Numbered from the stretch's first letter, positions 41,983-52,331 are shown. The stretch: DNA of 64,000 nt from Cyanophyceae cyanobacterium (GCA_038321985.1 JBBQFN010000022.1:1-64000); one strand, 5' to 3'. The notes: generated from the sequence alone by a model not told the origin. A program made the numbers and translations.

Positions 41983-42108
41983 AAGCTGTCTAAATCTGTA
42001 ACGGCAATATTTTGTAGAGGCAATCCCGGTGGGGTTGCCTCTCTCCTATTTTAGGGAGATTTCACCGCAGGAGTGCGAAGGCACTCCATACCCCTAAATC
42101 AATTAAAG

Positions 42109-42750
42109 TTAGTTCCAAATTAATTCTAGTAAGCGAATGACTAACCAAGTCAGCAATCCATAAACTGCGATCGCAATCAAAGCGTTGAATTCAAAAGCTG
42201 AGGCTCCAAATGCTGGGGTACTAAACAGGGTTTCAAACGGGGTGACAAATGGAGAGGACAGCGCATAAATAAAACCGGCAAATTGGTTGTCTGGGTTAGC
42301 TCCTAACAGTCGCAACAATACCCGCAAAACTAACAACACTCCCAGGGCTCCCATCAGATAATAAATTACTTGATTGGTTTTGCTTAAGGCGAGTCTGCGT
42401 CTAACTTCGGCAATGCGACGCTCTTCCTCTTCCAAATGGATGGCTTCAATCCGTCGGTTGATCTGGGCTTCTTGTTGTCGCAGTTCTTGAACCTGTCGGC
42501 TTAATCGCGCCTCTTCTTGTTGTAGTTCCCCGAGGTGTAGAATGTGGTGTTCTTGTTCTCGTCGCAGTTCCTCAATGGAAAGGTTCGAGGATTGCTCCGA
42601 GGAACTATAGCGGCGATCGCCTCGGGGAATGCCCGGATTTTGGGGGATTGGCGGTTGTTCTGGGTTTGCAGGGGGGTATTCTCCCTCTGAAAGCCAAGAT
42701 GGGGTTGGGTTCGCATTTTCGCGATCGGGTCGGTTAGGGTCTGGGTTCAT
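42109..42750 (-). CDS. YggT-family membrane protein with Pro-rich/coiled-coil N-terminal extension
   Basis: C-terminal LLRLLGANP.N.F..FIY.LS.PFV.PF YggT motif; EQEH/EEEERR coiled coil. Confidence 0.8.
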   Translation of the reverse strand: MNPDPNRPDRENANPTPSWLSEGEYPPANPEQPPIPQNPGIPRGDRRYSSSEQSSNLSIEELRREQEHHILHLGELQQEEARLSRQVQELRQQEAQINRRIEAIHLEEEERRIAEVRRRLALSKTNQVIYYLMGALGVLLVLRVLLRLLGANPDNQFAGFIYALSSPFVTPFETLFSTPAFGASAFEFNALIAIAVYGLLTWLVIRLLELIWN

Positions 42751-43103
42751 CTTTTCCCTTCTTACAAATAGTTTTATCTGTTTATACTATCAATCCTGTC
42801 ACAGTGTCCGAGTAAATTAGCTTAATCAAACCGCCGCACTCAAAAGCTGAAAATAAGCGGCTGAGAATGCCTCTGTCCTCTCTCACTTTTAGTCTTGATG
42901 ATAGGAAATAAATAAAAGGCTCACAAACTCCCCAAACATCTCTCACGTGAGAAAGATTTTATCTCCGGGCTGCGATCGCACCGATGTCTGGACGCCAGGC
43001 CAGTCGGGGTGCAGGCCCCTAGGGGATGGGGGCTGGACGCCTTTGGGTTTAGAGAAGCTGCTTGGGATTGCTCTGGATGTCTTAAACTGATTGTACTGGA
43101 GCG

Positions 43104-45044
43104 TTGAATATCAGGAATTTTTCGTTGAAACTGCCACTGTTTGAGGATTATCAGCCGATCGCCGCGATCGCCGTTACCCCTTCCGGGGTCAAACGATTAC
43201 TATCTCTGTGTGATGCCACGGGTGCTATCCTGTGGATACCTGAATCTTGCCAAAGCGCGATCGATATCGCTGTTTTACCAAAAGTACAGGTTTATAGTGG
43301 CTCTCTAACGGACCATCTCGCTAAAATTTGGCCGGATTGTCACGCTTTTATCTTTTGTTTAGCCACCGGCGCAGTCGTCCGAGCAATTGCTCCTTTGTTA
43401 CAGCACAAGTCCATCGATCCAGCAGTCGTGGTAGTGGATGAAGCGGGGAAATTTACGATTAGTTTATGTAGCGGACATCAAGGGGGTGCCGATCTCTTGA
43501 CTCAGGCGATCGCCTATCAACTCGGTGCGACGCCAATTCTCACCGGCGCATCGTCGGGGTTGAAATTGCCCGGAATTGATGTACTAGGTGTACCGTTTGG
43601 CTGGAATCAAGGGGAGGGCAATTGGACTGCCGTCAGTGGGGCGATCGCCCGCCAGGAACCCGTAGAAGTTATTCAAGAAGTCGGTTGTACTCTCTGGCAA
43701 GAGAATTTACCCGAGGATCATCCGTTTATTCTAGAATTGCCGGATTATACAGAATCTCAAAAACCAGAAACGAAACCCGTTAAGGGGAGAGTCTGGATTA
43801 GTGTCACTCAGCGCCAGTTTGCACCGGATGCGGAGTTACCTAAGGTGCAGTGGCATCCGCGAGTCTTGTGGGTGGGAGTCGGTTGTGAACGGGGAACGTC
43901 TCGCCGGGTTATGGAAGCAGCGATCGCCGAAGTTTGTCAGTCCCATCATTTAGCCCAAGCCGCGATCGCGGGCATTGCTACGATTGATATTAAAGCGGAT
44001 GAAGTTGGATTATTAGAGTTGTGCGATGCTCGTCAATGGCCGTTACAAACCTTTCCAGCGGATCTGTTGCAGTCAGTTACGGTTCCCACGCCGTCAGCGG
44101 TTGTAGAACAGGAAGTCGGCACTCCTAGCGTAGCAGAAGCAGCAGCGATCGTTGCCGCACAAGGTTCTAATCTTCCGGGGGAAAATTCCCCTTCCCTTCT
44201 TGTTCATAAACAAATTTTTCGATTAGAAGAGGAACCGGGAGCCGTGACGATCGCCATCGCACAAGCAGAGAGGGAATATACCGGACGTGAGGGTAAACTC
44301 TGGTTAGTGGGCACAGGTCCCGGTGCTTTAAGCCAGATGACTCCTGCTGCCCAAACCGCGATCGCCACGGCGGATCTGGTGATTGGTTATACTCTTTATA
44401 TTGATTTAATTAAACCCTTATTGCGTCCGGGTCAACTGGTGCAAGCGTTGCCGATTACCCAGGAACGACAACGTGCTGAACTGGCGATCACCTTTGCGGA
44501 ATGGGGATTAACCGTTGCCGTCATTTCCTCCGGGGATGCGGGAATTTATGGCATGGCAGGATTAGTCCTCGAACAACTTCGAGACGGGGGCTGGGATGGC
44601 AAGAGTCCAGGGGTGCAAGTCTTTCCTGGAATTACCGCCTTACAAGCTGCTGCCTCCCGGGTGGGAACGCCATTAATGCACGATTTTTGTGCGATTAGCC
44701 TGAGTGATTTGCTCACCCCTTGGGCGATGATTGAGAAGCGCTTAGAAGCAGCAGCAGCAGCCGATTTTGTCGTCGCCCTTTATAATCCGCGATCGCGCAC
44801 CCGAACCGAGCAGATTGCAACGGCACAGGCAATATTTCTCAATTACCGGAAACCCGATACTCCGGTAGTGATCGTGCGATCGGCTTATCGAGAAGACGAA
44901 CAAATTACCCTTACCACCCTCGAAAAGTTCCTTGAAAACCCCATTGATATGCTCAGTACCATTCTAATCGGAAATCAAAGCACCAGCCTGTATGAAAATT
45001 GGATGATTACCCCTAGAGGTTATCTCGGATTCGAGACGCACTAA
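43104..45044 (+). CDS. cobJ: CbiG/precorrin-3B C17-methyltransferase fusion (CbiG-CbiH/CobJ)
   Basis: DPAVVVVDE...SGHQGGA, VGVGCERG, GTPSVAEAAA (CbiG); VGTGPG, SSGDAGIYGMAG, ISLSDLLTPW, TPRGY (CobJ). Confidence 0.95.
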   Translation: MNIRNFSLKLPLFEDYQPIAAIAVTPSGVKRLLSLCDATGAILWIPESCQSAIDIAVLPKVQVYSGSLTDHLAKIWPDCHAFIFCLATGAVVRAIAPLLQHKSIDPAVVVVDEAGKFTISLCSGHQGGADLLTQAIAYQLGATPILTGASSGLKLPGIDVLGVPFGWNQGEGNWTAVSGAIARQEPVEVIQEVGCTLWQENLPEDHPFILELPDYTESQKPETKPVKGRVWISVTQRQFAPDAELPKVQWHPRVLWVGVGCERGTSRRVMEAAIAEVCQSHHLAQAAIAGIATIDIKADEVGLLELCDARQWPLQTFPADLLQSVTVPTPSAVVEQEVGTPSVAEAAAIVAAQGSNLPGENSPSLLVHKQIFRLEEEPGAVTIAIAQAEREYTGREGKLWLVGTGPGALSQMTPAAQTAIATADLVIGYTLYIDLIKPLLRPGQLVQALPITQERQRAELAITFAEWGLTVAVISSGDAGIYGMAGLVLEQLRDGGWDGKSPGVQVFPGITALQAAASRVGTPLMHDFCAISLSDLLTPWAMIEKRLEAAAAADFVVALYNPRSRTRTEQIATAQAIFLNYRKPDTPVVIVRSAYREDEQITLTTLEKFLENPIDMLSTILIGNQSTSLYENWMITPRGYLGFETH

Positions 45045-45051
45045 CGCCAGA

Positions 45052-45088
45052 ATTAATCCGGTGGAGCATTTGGCTCCACCGGATTAAT
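45052..45088. terminator. Bidirectional terminator hairpin
   Basis: ATTAATCCGGTGGAGC-atttg-GCTCCACCGGATTAAT between convergent genes. Confidence 0.7.
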
Positions 45089-45096
45089 ACACTCCT

Positions 45097-45318
45097 TTAA
45101 CGGGGCTCGTCTTGGGAAGGTTGATTCCCCTGGCGTACTTGCTCAACGGTTAAACCCAAAATTTGGGCCGCTTGTTCTACAGTAAATCCCTGAGACAGCA
45201 ACTGCGGAACTACTTCGAGTTTGCCTTCGAGTTTGCCTTCGAGTTTACCTTCGAGTTTGCCTTCGAGCTTAATATCTTGATACAGCTTAGATTGCTTAAA
45301 TTCATTCACGCCTATCAT
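45097..45318 (-). CDS. Predicted nested in-frame small protein (RpnS-like intragenic antitoxin, 73 aa)
   Basis: AGGAGGT (plus strand acctcct 45326-45332), 7-nt spacer, in-frame ATG at 45318. Confidence 0.6.
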   Translation of the reverse strand: MIGVNEFKQSKLYQDIKLEGKLEGKLEGKLEGKLEVVPQLLSQGFTVEQAAQILGLTVEQVRQGNQPSQDEPR

Positions 45319-45921
45319 CTCTTGTACCTCCTCGCGGCTTAATTTAGAAAACTTGTACAATACGACTGTCTCTATTAAGTCTACAACTTCTGAGCGTTCA
45401 GCGTCGTCGGTCATTTCCTGCCTTGCCTGAACCACTAGCTGTCTGGCTTTTTCCGCAGCACTTGCGTCTTGCTTCTCAATGATTAACTGGACAATCTGCA
45501 TTCCTAACGAGGTTTCTGGGACCTCGGATAATTCATCCAGATAGATGCGCTGAACTTGATTTGAATTCAGCAACGCTTGATAGGGTGCGAGTTCCAGGGG
45601 TTCATAACTCCGTCGGCCAAAAATAACCACGGCCCGCCAGTTTTGCGCTGGATTATTTTGATGCAGATAAAGAAAGAGTTCGGTAAATAAATTGGCATAA
45701 AATTTTTTATCCCGGTAAAATTGCACCTCTAATAAATTAAGAGGCATTTCCGGAAACTCTGCTTTCGGAATAAATAAACCATCGATGCGAAAAGCGGTTT
45801 GTTTGAGTTCGACGGAAGAAAATTTATAAGCCTCTGCTTCGGAGGCAGGACGACCAATTAGCTCAAAAAAGCAACTGGGTTGTTGTTTAAAAAGTCGGTA
45901 AAATATCGGGTCTGTTTCCAT
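45097..45921 (-). CDS. Rpn-family (DUF2887) PD-(D/E)XK protein
   Basis: TDPIFYRLF, ELKQTAFRIDGLF, EVQF, C-terminal (KLEG)n repeats. Confidence 0.9.
   Translation of the reverse strand: METDPIFYRLFKQQPSCFFELIGRPASEAEAYKFSSVELKQTAFRIDGLFIPKAEFPEMPLNLLEVQFYRDKKFYANLFTELFLYLHQNNPAQNWRAVVIFGRRSYEPLELAPYQALLNSNQVQRIYLDELSEVPETSLGMQIVQLIIEKQDASAAEKARQLVVQARQEMTDDAERSEVVDLIETVVLYKFSKLSREEVQEMIGVNEFKQSKLYQDIKLEGKLEGKLEGKLEGKLEVVPQLLSQGFTVEQAAQILGLTVEQVRQGNQPSQDEPR
45214..45270 (-). repeat. 12-bp tandem repeat encoding KLEG x4+
   Basis: TTCGAGTTTGCC units on the plus strand. Confidence 0.9.
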
Positions 45922-46097
45922 GTCAGTAGGAGTAGATGACACTCCAGAATGATGTCTTAATTCTTTTTTAGTCTAGCCTAATTTTTGTATTTTATCCATA
46001 TAAAATTTTAGCATTAATGTAGTTCAGTAGGATGGCATTTATTGGAAATACTGAGGGTTTAACAACCCCAGACTGAAGATTACACTTATTTTAGAGA

Positions 46098-46365
46098 CTA
46101 ACCGCCAATGTTTCCCGCTGAAAAAACTGGGTCACCGGTAAGGGTTAATTCGGGGAAAAGCTGCGAGACAATGGGCGGAGTTGCCGTCAATACGGTTTCT
46201 TTGTAGAATCCCTCTTCCAGCCGCAAGATACAGCGATTATTCAGGATGGGGTCTACAATCTAATATTCGGGAATTTCTGCGGCTGCATAATCCAATCGCT
46301 TATAGCGATAGTTCCGGTTGACTGGTTCGGGGCTGACGACTTCTATCACTAATAAAAGGGGGTTT
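46098..46365 (-). pseudogene. Uma2 (DUF820) endonuclease pseudogene, C-terminal half
   Basis: PLLVIEVVSP...NYRYKRLDYAAAEIPEY*IVDP (TAG in place of the usual Trp), followed by ...SQLFPELTLT. Confidence 0.8.
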
Positions 46366-46747
46366 GGAAAAACCCTGGAGGTTCCCGAGGAAGAGTTATC
46401 GGGAGGGAGGGACTATGGGGGGAGAAGTCTGCACCAGAAATTATTCTATTGATTTATACCTAGCATCATCGATCGCCCGTTGGAAACTTCAGTCTCTTCT
46501 GGTCAAGCAGCCTCCTCCTGGAATGGGTCCCTCGCTCGTTAAAGGCGATCGCTAACACTCTCCGACTTGAAAGGATGGGAAAGAGTCCGAAATTTGAACC
46601 ATTTTTTTGATTTTGTCAATGATACCGATCGCGAATTGGTAGGGATTTTTTCACAGTTGCCTTATGCTTGCGATCGCTCCTTAAGTTCACAAAATCTTTA
46701 AGAATAAGGCATGAGTGTTATGCAATTGGTCTAAATTGGGTGTAATC

Positions 46748-46951
46748 ATGCTAGGTCAAACGACTTTACCTAAACTTTCAGTGGATCAAATCGTCGAGAG
46801 AATCTTTGCATTACGACAAATAACCCGCGTTGATCAACGTCTGTTGATGACAACGCTACTCTCGAAAGATGCTCTTAATGACCGTGAACATACGCAAATC
46901 AGTCGGGTGTTTGATGCGGTGCAACGGGGTTTAATTCGGGTCATTGAATGA
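46748..46951 (+). CDS. Small conserved cyanobacterial hypothetical protein
   Basis: IVERIF..RQITR.DQ..L...LL......I.RVFD....G.IRV pattern. Confidence 0.7.
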   Translation: MLGQTTLPKLSVDQIVERIFALRQITRVDQRLLMTTLLSKDALNDREHTQISRVFDAVQRGLIRVIE

Positions 46952-47147
46952 GGTAAATTTAGCAATTTTCTATCAAAAATGCTTGCTCCAGTTGGGTTAC
47001 GGCAATTATTCTTCTATTCTAAGCGTTCCTAGACGAAGGAAATTAGTGAAAACAAATGTAGTACCACCCCGCCCTCTTTATTTTCCGGTTGCGGAAATCT
47101 CTTCAAACTTATCAGTGAGACTCATGAATGTCTATCAATAAAAAGTA

Positions 47148-47175
47148 GCCTGCTGGATTCATAAATCCAGCAGGC
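47148..47175. terminator. Hairpin between convergent genes
   Basis: GCCTGCTGGATT-cata-AATCCAGCAGGC. Confidence 0.6.
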
Positions 47176-47232
47176 ACTGTCCATTTAAGGGGTTAAAAGA
47201 AAGGAAATAGCCCGATTTGTAGCACTGGGGTT

Positions 47233-48066
47233 TTAAATATTCTGCAATAACCAAAAGCCACTATAGGTCATCCCTGAATCATCGGGTTGGATTAGTAAAA
47301 AATGTAACCCCTGGGTTAACTGTTTGCGGTGTTGAAAAGTTTGGCCTGCTTCGGCAACTTCTGTATCTTCAAATGTAGCGATAATCCAACGGTCTACTAA
47401 TCCCGCTTCTAAAATTAATCCATTGGGAACTCCCGGACTGTAATCGATCGCCACGGGTGATGCTTCTTGCAACCATTGGGCAATTTTCAGCGATTGCCGT
47501 CCGCCATCGAGGACGATTCCAGGAATAGCAGCAGTAGAGGGGAGTCCCAAGGCGATGGGGGTGATTTCTTGCGGAATATGGCGAATCCGGATTGATCGCG
47601 CTGCAAAGACTTCCATTAAATAAGTTGCACTAACAGAGGCGAACCGCCAGCGATCGCCCCATAATTCTTCCGGCAGGGGTCCCGGTGGGGGGCGATCGCG
47701 GATTAAAGGTTCGTAAGGTTCATGAGTATAATTTGCTTCCTGTCTATACTCTTTTGCCTTTTGGGTCAGCCATGCTTTCAATGCTGGGGTGCGTCGAGAC
47801 GGTTCTACGTTTACTCCTAGTTTTTGACCTGCCGCTACCATCAAACTCAGGGACTGAGGACGGAAAACAGCGATCACATCGGGTAACTTCCCGGATCCGG
47901 CAATTTGAAGTTGTTGCGCTAACCAGGTCGAGTTTGCCTCCGATTGAGGACAACTACTACTCCATTGAAAATTCCCCGTTGCATCACAGAGGCACAATTC
48001 CCATAAGGGTTGCCCTGTGGCACTTTGTAAAGGACGACGGTAAAAATCTGCTTGCCAAATGACCAC
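47233..48066 (-). CDS. Tab2/Atab2-family RNA-binding protein (DUF1092)
   Basis: WQADFYRRP...WEL, GLILEAGLVDRWI.ATF, GLHFLLIQPDDSG.TYSGFWLL. Confidence 0.9.
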   Translation of the reverse strand: MVIWQADFYRRPLQSATGQPLWELCLCDATGNFQWSSSCPQSEANSTWLAQQLQIAGSGKLPDVIAVFRPQSLSLMVAAGQKLGVNVEPSRRTPALKAWLTQKAKEYRQEANYTHEPYEPLIRDRPPPGPLPEELWGDRWRFASVSATYLMEVFAARSIRIRHIPQEITPIALGLPSTAAIPGIVLDGGRQSLKIAQWLQEASPVAIDYSPGVPNGLILEAGLVDRWIIATFEDTEVAEAGQTFQHRKQLTQGLHFLLIQPDDSGMTYSGFWLLQNI

Positions 48067-48106
48067 GACTACAATCCGAATTTATCAGTACCAACAGCAA
48101 CAACAA

Positions 48107-48126
48107 GCGGGGGTTTGAACCCCCGC
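48107..48126 (-). terminator. Hairpin after glgP
   Basis: GCGGGGGTT-tg-AACCCCCGC. Confidence 0.55.
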
Positions 48127-48138
48127 CTGTTATTGCGA

Positions 48139-50358
48139 TTACACCAAAACGCTGGCGAGAATCGGTTCTAAATCAAGCTGAACCCCTGGTGCGTAAACCT
48201 TAGCTACATAATCTGCCACCATGCGATCGGTGTTAAATAATGGCGCATTGGTTTTAATCGAACCCTTCATCATCTTAATCCAACCGTGAGACAGGCCAGT
48301 TTTGGAATCGATGTCGTAATACAGGGGAACAATTTCCTCTTCTAATAACCGATACAGCGATTCTGCATCAATTTTATCCTGCATTTCCTGGTCACTGGTA
48401 TGGGCATCTTCGCCGATCGCCCAACCATTGATCCCTTTACCATCCGAACCTGTTTGATAGCCTTCGCACCACCATCCATCCAGAACGCTGCAATTGATCC
48501 CGCCATTAAAGCAGACCTTTTGACCGCTTGTACCGGATGCTTCCAGGGGACGACGGGGTGTATTCAGCCAGACATCTACCCCTTGAACCAGCTTACGTCC
48601 CGTGTACATATCGTAATCGGGAAGCACAATCACCCGATTTTGCAACAGGGAATTCTGTTGACTCCATTCATAAATCCGTTGCAGAATCCGCTTGCCTTGT
48701 TCGTCTGCCGGGTGTGCTTTCCCTGCAAACACAATTTGTAACGGGCGTTCTGGATTGCTGAACAGACGCAGCGATCGCTCCAAATCATGCATTAACAAAT
48801 ACCCGCGCTTGTAGGTACTGAAACGCCGCGCAAACCCAATCGTTAGCACATTCGGGTCTAAAATCCGGTCTGCCGCATCCACCCAATGGGCATCTTCCCC
48901 GCGCTGTTGCCTTGCACGTTTAATTTTGGTGCGAGTATGGGCAATTAACCGCTCTTTTAGCAGTTGATGACGCCACCAGAGTTCCTGATCGGGAATATCA
49001 TCTACTTTGGCCCACATTTGCGGGTCAGCGATCCGAGTGGACCAATCCTCTCCGAGATACTGGGAATAGAGGTCACTGAGTACGGGTGCCGTCCAGGTGC
49101 GCTGATGCACCCCGTTGGTGATGTGACCGATGGGCACTTCTTCCATCGGGCGATCGGGATACATAATGTGCCACATTTTCCGGGAGACTTCCCCATGTAA
49201 GGCTGAGACTCCGTTGGCGGCCCGGCACATCCGCAAGGCGAGTACAGTCATGCCGAACGGTTCCCAAGGGTCTCCCAGCCGTCGTGCACCTACTGCCATA
49301 AATTGTTCCTGGGTTAATCCCAAGGTGGGCCAATAGTGGGAGAAGGAGGACTCGATTAAGTCTCCAGAAAAGACATCGTGACCCGCAGGAACGGGGGTAT
49401 GGGTGGTGAAGACACAACGCTCACGGACTGACTGTTCTACATCATAGAAACTCTTGCCGGTACGCTGCATTTCCATTCGGGCTACTTCCAGGGTGCAGAA
49501 TGCGGCGTGTCCTTCGTTGAGATGGCAGATCCCCGGGTCAATCCCCAGGGCTGCCAATGCTCGTACGCCACCAATACCGAGGACGACTTCCTGGGCGATG
49601 CGGGTGTCTTGGTTACCTCCATAAAGGTGTCCGGTTAACCAGCGATCGAGGGGGTCGTTATCGTGGCGATCGGTGTCGAGTAAATAGAGGGAAACTCGCC
49701 CGACTTGTGCCCGCCAAATTTGAATTTTAACGACCCGACTGCGGATTTCTAATTCAACCGTAATTGGTTTACCATCGGCATCCGCCATTAACTCCAACGG
49801 CATCTGCTCGAAGATGTTATCTACATAGTAATCTTCTTGCCATCCGTGACCGTTAATGCGTTGGCGGAAATACCCTTGCCGATACATTAAGCCGACCCCA
49901 ATTAGGGGTACGCCTAAATCGGAGGCGGATTTGAGGTGATCCCCAGCTAACATTCCCAAACCACCCGAGTAGATGGGGAGGGATTCGTGGATGCCAAATT
50001 CTGCACAGAAGTACACGACGGGGCGATCGCTCGTAATTTGAGGGGCCACTCGACTCGCCCAGGTATCCCGAATTGCCATATAGCGGTGAAATTGCTCCGC
50101 AACCGATTTAACCCGTTTCATGTAATCGGGGTCATTGGCAAGCTGACTGAGGCGTTCTAAGGAAACAAATTGCAGCAAGGCTACGGGGTTATGGTTCCAC
50201 TGGTGCCATGCATCGGGATCAATGTTACGAAACAGAGAAATTCGCTCAGTGGTCCAGCTCCACCAATAGTTATAGGCGATTTCTGCCAAGGGTTTCAGGG
50301 GAAAAGGTAATTTCTCCCGTAACTGCTGGCTAACCTTCGTGTAATTTTCAATGACCAT
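48139..50358 (-). CDS. glgP: Alpha-glucan (glycogen) phosphorylase (ATG 50358 preferred; TTG 50394 possible)
   Basis: YSGGLGMLAGDHLKSASDLG, HLNEGH, FTTHTPVPAGHD, EASGTSGQK PLP-lysine motif. Confidence 0.97.
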   Translation of the reverse strand: MVIENYTKVSQQLREKLPFPLKPLAEIAYNYWWSWTTERISLFRNIDPDAWHQWNHNPVALLQFVSLERLSQLANDPDYMKRVKSVAEQFHRYMAIRDTWASRVAPQITSDRPVVYFCAEFGIHESLPIYSGGLGMLAGDHLKSASDLGVPLIGVGLMYRQGYFRQRINGHGWQEDYYVDNIFEQMPLELMADADGKPITVELEIRSRVVKIQIWRAQVGRVSLYLLDTDRHDNDPLDRWLTGHLYGGNQDTRIAQEVVLGIGGVRALAALGIDPGICHLNEGHAAFCTLEVARMEMQRTGKSFYDVEQSVRERCVFTTHTPVPAGHDVFSGDLIESSFSHYWPTLGLTQEQFMAVGARRLGDPWEPFGMTVLALRMCRAANGVSALHGEVSRKMWHIMYPDRPMEEVPIGHITNGVHQRTWTAPVLSDLYSQYLGEDWSTRIADPQMWAKVDDIPDQELWWRHQLLKERLIAHTRTKIKRARQQRGEDAHWVDAADRILDPNVLTIGFARRFSTYKRGYLLMHDLERSLRLFSNPERPLQIVFAGKAHPADEQGKRILQRIYEWSQQNSLLQNRVIVLPDYDMYTGRKLVQGVDVWLNTPRRPLEASGTSGQKVCFNGGINCSVLDGWWCEGYQTGSDGKGINGWAIGEDAHTSDQEMQDKIDAESLYRLLEEEIVPLYYDIDSKTGLSHGWIKMMKGSIKTNAPLFNTDRMVADYVAKVYAPGVQLDLEPILASVLV

Positions 50359-50451
50359 AGGACACCATGCTTTCGAGACGTTTGCGGTTGTCAAATATAT
50401 GATACTAGGGCGACACCCCGACGACTCTCGATGGAACGATCACAGCGGAGA

Positions 50452-50465
50452 GTAACTAGGGCTAC
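50452..50465. promoter_or_regulatory. NtcA-consensus site upstream of glgP
   Basis: GTA-ACTAGGGC-TAC (GTA-N8-TAC). Confidence 0.45.
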
Positions 50466-50956
50466 ACCTTTTGCAACATTAGGATGAATTATAAATTTAT
50501 TACCTTTAGGGGGTAAATAGGTGTTTTATTACACAATTTTAAGTTTTGGTTCAGATTTGGCCGCGATCGCGCCTAGGGAGTTCGGGGTTTGATAGGTCCT
50601 CTTTTCTGCGAGTCTAGGTGGAGGGGAAATTAGCTAATGTCTTTCTCTATCAAGCCTTTACTGGGTTGTTGATTGCATTAAAATTCTAGAAATTTCATCC
50701 GTCTACGGGCTGAGATAAGGGGACTTTTCCAACCAATTTTGCAGATTAGGGTCCGTTTTAAAGGGTCTTAATTGTGAGCAACTCCTGACGTTCAGTCCCA
50801 ACAAGGGCGATCGCCCTTCTCAGGAACCCGAGACAATAGAAGGCCCACTAAGGCTTAAAAATGGCGAATCTCCCCCAGGGGCCGCGATCGGTACACCACA
50901 AATCAGCTAAAATCGGTAAAAATCACTGCAAACTTATCGTTAATACTAGAAGTCCT

Positions 50957-52234
50957 ATGAATCCCGATCTGACTAAATTTGGTGAACAGATGTCCCAGCT
51001 TACTGGTGTTCGGGCCATCATGAAAGATATTAGCGAAACCTTACGCGCGGGTACAGATCGGGATTTAATTAATATGAGTGCCGGAAACCCCGTCATTCTC
51101 CCCGAAGTGGAACAGTTGTGGCGCGATTGTACGATGGATTTGCTATCATCCTCCGAGTATGGGGAGGTCGTTTGCCGTTACGGAGAATCCCAAGGTTATC
51201 AGCCGTTTATTGATGTGATTAAATCAGATTTTAACAACCGCTATGGGTTAAACCTGAGCGATCGCAATATCCTGATTACTCCAGGGAGTCAATGCCTCTA
51301 CTTTTTTGCAGCGAATACCTTGGGAGGATATAGCAGTAGTGGGCAACTCAAGCAGATTGTTTTACCCCTGAGTCCGGATTATACTGGGTATGGGGGAGTG
51401 AGCCTAATCCCAGAATCTTTAGTGGCGTATAAACCGACGTTAGATATTAATGCTAGTGATCATCGGTTTAAATATCGCCCGGATTTCAGCCAATTAGAGA
51501 TCAATGAAAATGCCGGTTGTGTGATATTTTCCCGTCCCTGTAATCCCACGGGGAATGTGCTAACCGAGGAAGAGGTGAAGAAAATCGCAGCAATGGCCGA
51601 GCCTTATGATGTGCCAGTGTTTGTAGATTCTGCCTATGCACCCCCCTATCCGGCGTTGAATTTCACCGATATGACGCCGATTTTTGGCGGGAACATTATC
51701 CATTGTATGAGCTTATCCAAGGCAGGGTTACCGGGAGAGCGAATTGGGATTGCGATCGGGGATGAACGCACAATTCAGATATTGCAGTCGTTCCAGACGA
51801 ATTTGTGTATTCACTCCTCTCGATATGGACAGGCGATCGCAGCAAGGGCGATCGCATCGGGAGCATTAGCCGAAATTGCTGAAACCGTGATTCGTCCTTA
51901 CTATCAGCAAAAGTTCACCGTCCTAGAAACCACCCTCGATCGCGCCATGCCGAAAGACCTCCCCTGGTTCTTGCATCGCGGGGAAGGCGCAATTTTTGCC
52001 TGGATGTGGTTCCAAGACTTACCCATGACGGATTGGGAGTTATATCAAGAATTGAAAAAAGTTGGAGTCATTGCCGTTCCCGGCAGCAGTTTCTTCCCCG
52101 GATTACGCGAAGATTGGAAACACAAACATGAATGTATTCGACTGAGCTTAACCGCTAGTGATGAAGCGATAGAAATAGGTATGGAACGTTTAGCAAAAGT
52201 GGTTGAAAAAGTATTTCAAGGCGTCATTGCCTAA
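50957..52234 (+). CDS. avtA: Valine--pyruvate aminotransferase
   Basis: LTGVRAIMKDI, SRPCNPTGNVLT, CMSLSKAGLPGERIG. Confidence 0.92.
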   Translation: MNPDLTKFGEQMSQLTGVRAIMKDISETLRAGTDRDLINMSAGNPVILPEVEQLWRDCTMDLLSSSEYGEVVCRYGESQGYQPFIDVIKSDFNNRYGLNLSDRNILITPGSQCLYFFAANTLGGYSSSGQLKQIVLPLSPDYTGYGGVSLIPESLVAYKPTLDINASDHRFKYRPDFSQLEINENAGCVIFSRPCNPTGNVLTEEEVKKIAAMAEPYDVPVFVDSAYAPPYPALNFTDMTPIFGGNIIHCMSLSKAGLPGERIGIAIGDERTIQILQSFQTNLCIHSSRYGQAIAARAIASGALAEIAETVIRPYYQQKFTVLETTLDRAMPKDLPWFLHRGEGAIFAWMWFQDLPMTDWELYQELKKVGVIAVPGSSFFPGLREDWKHKHECIRLSLTASDEAIEIGMERLAKVVEKVFQGVIA

Positions 52235-52267
52235 CTCAATTCCGATTCAGTTAATCGGTAAAAGTTA

Positions 52268-52331
52268 GAAATCAGGTTTCTTCTCCAAAACTTTGGCAAC
52301 CTTTCCCAAATTTAGGCAGAAACCCGGTTTC
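52268..52331. repeat. AGAAACCCGGTTTCT-type dispersed repeat pair
   Basis: AGAAATCAGGTTTCT ... AGAAACCCGGTTTCT. Confidence 0.5.

Noticed and set aside
42800..43104. Cobalamin riboswitch before cbiG-cobJ
   Set aside because: No recognisable B12-box or conserved core motifs.
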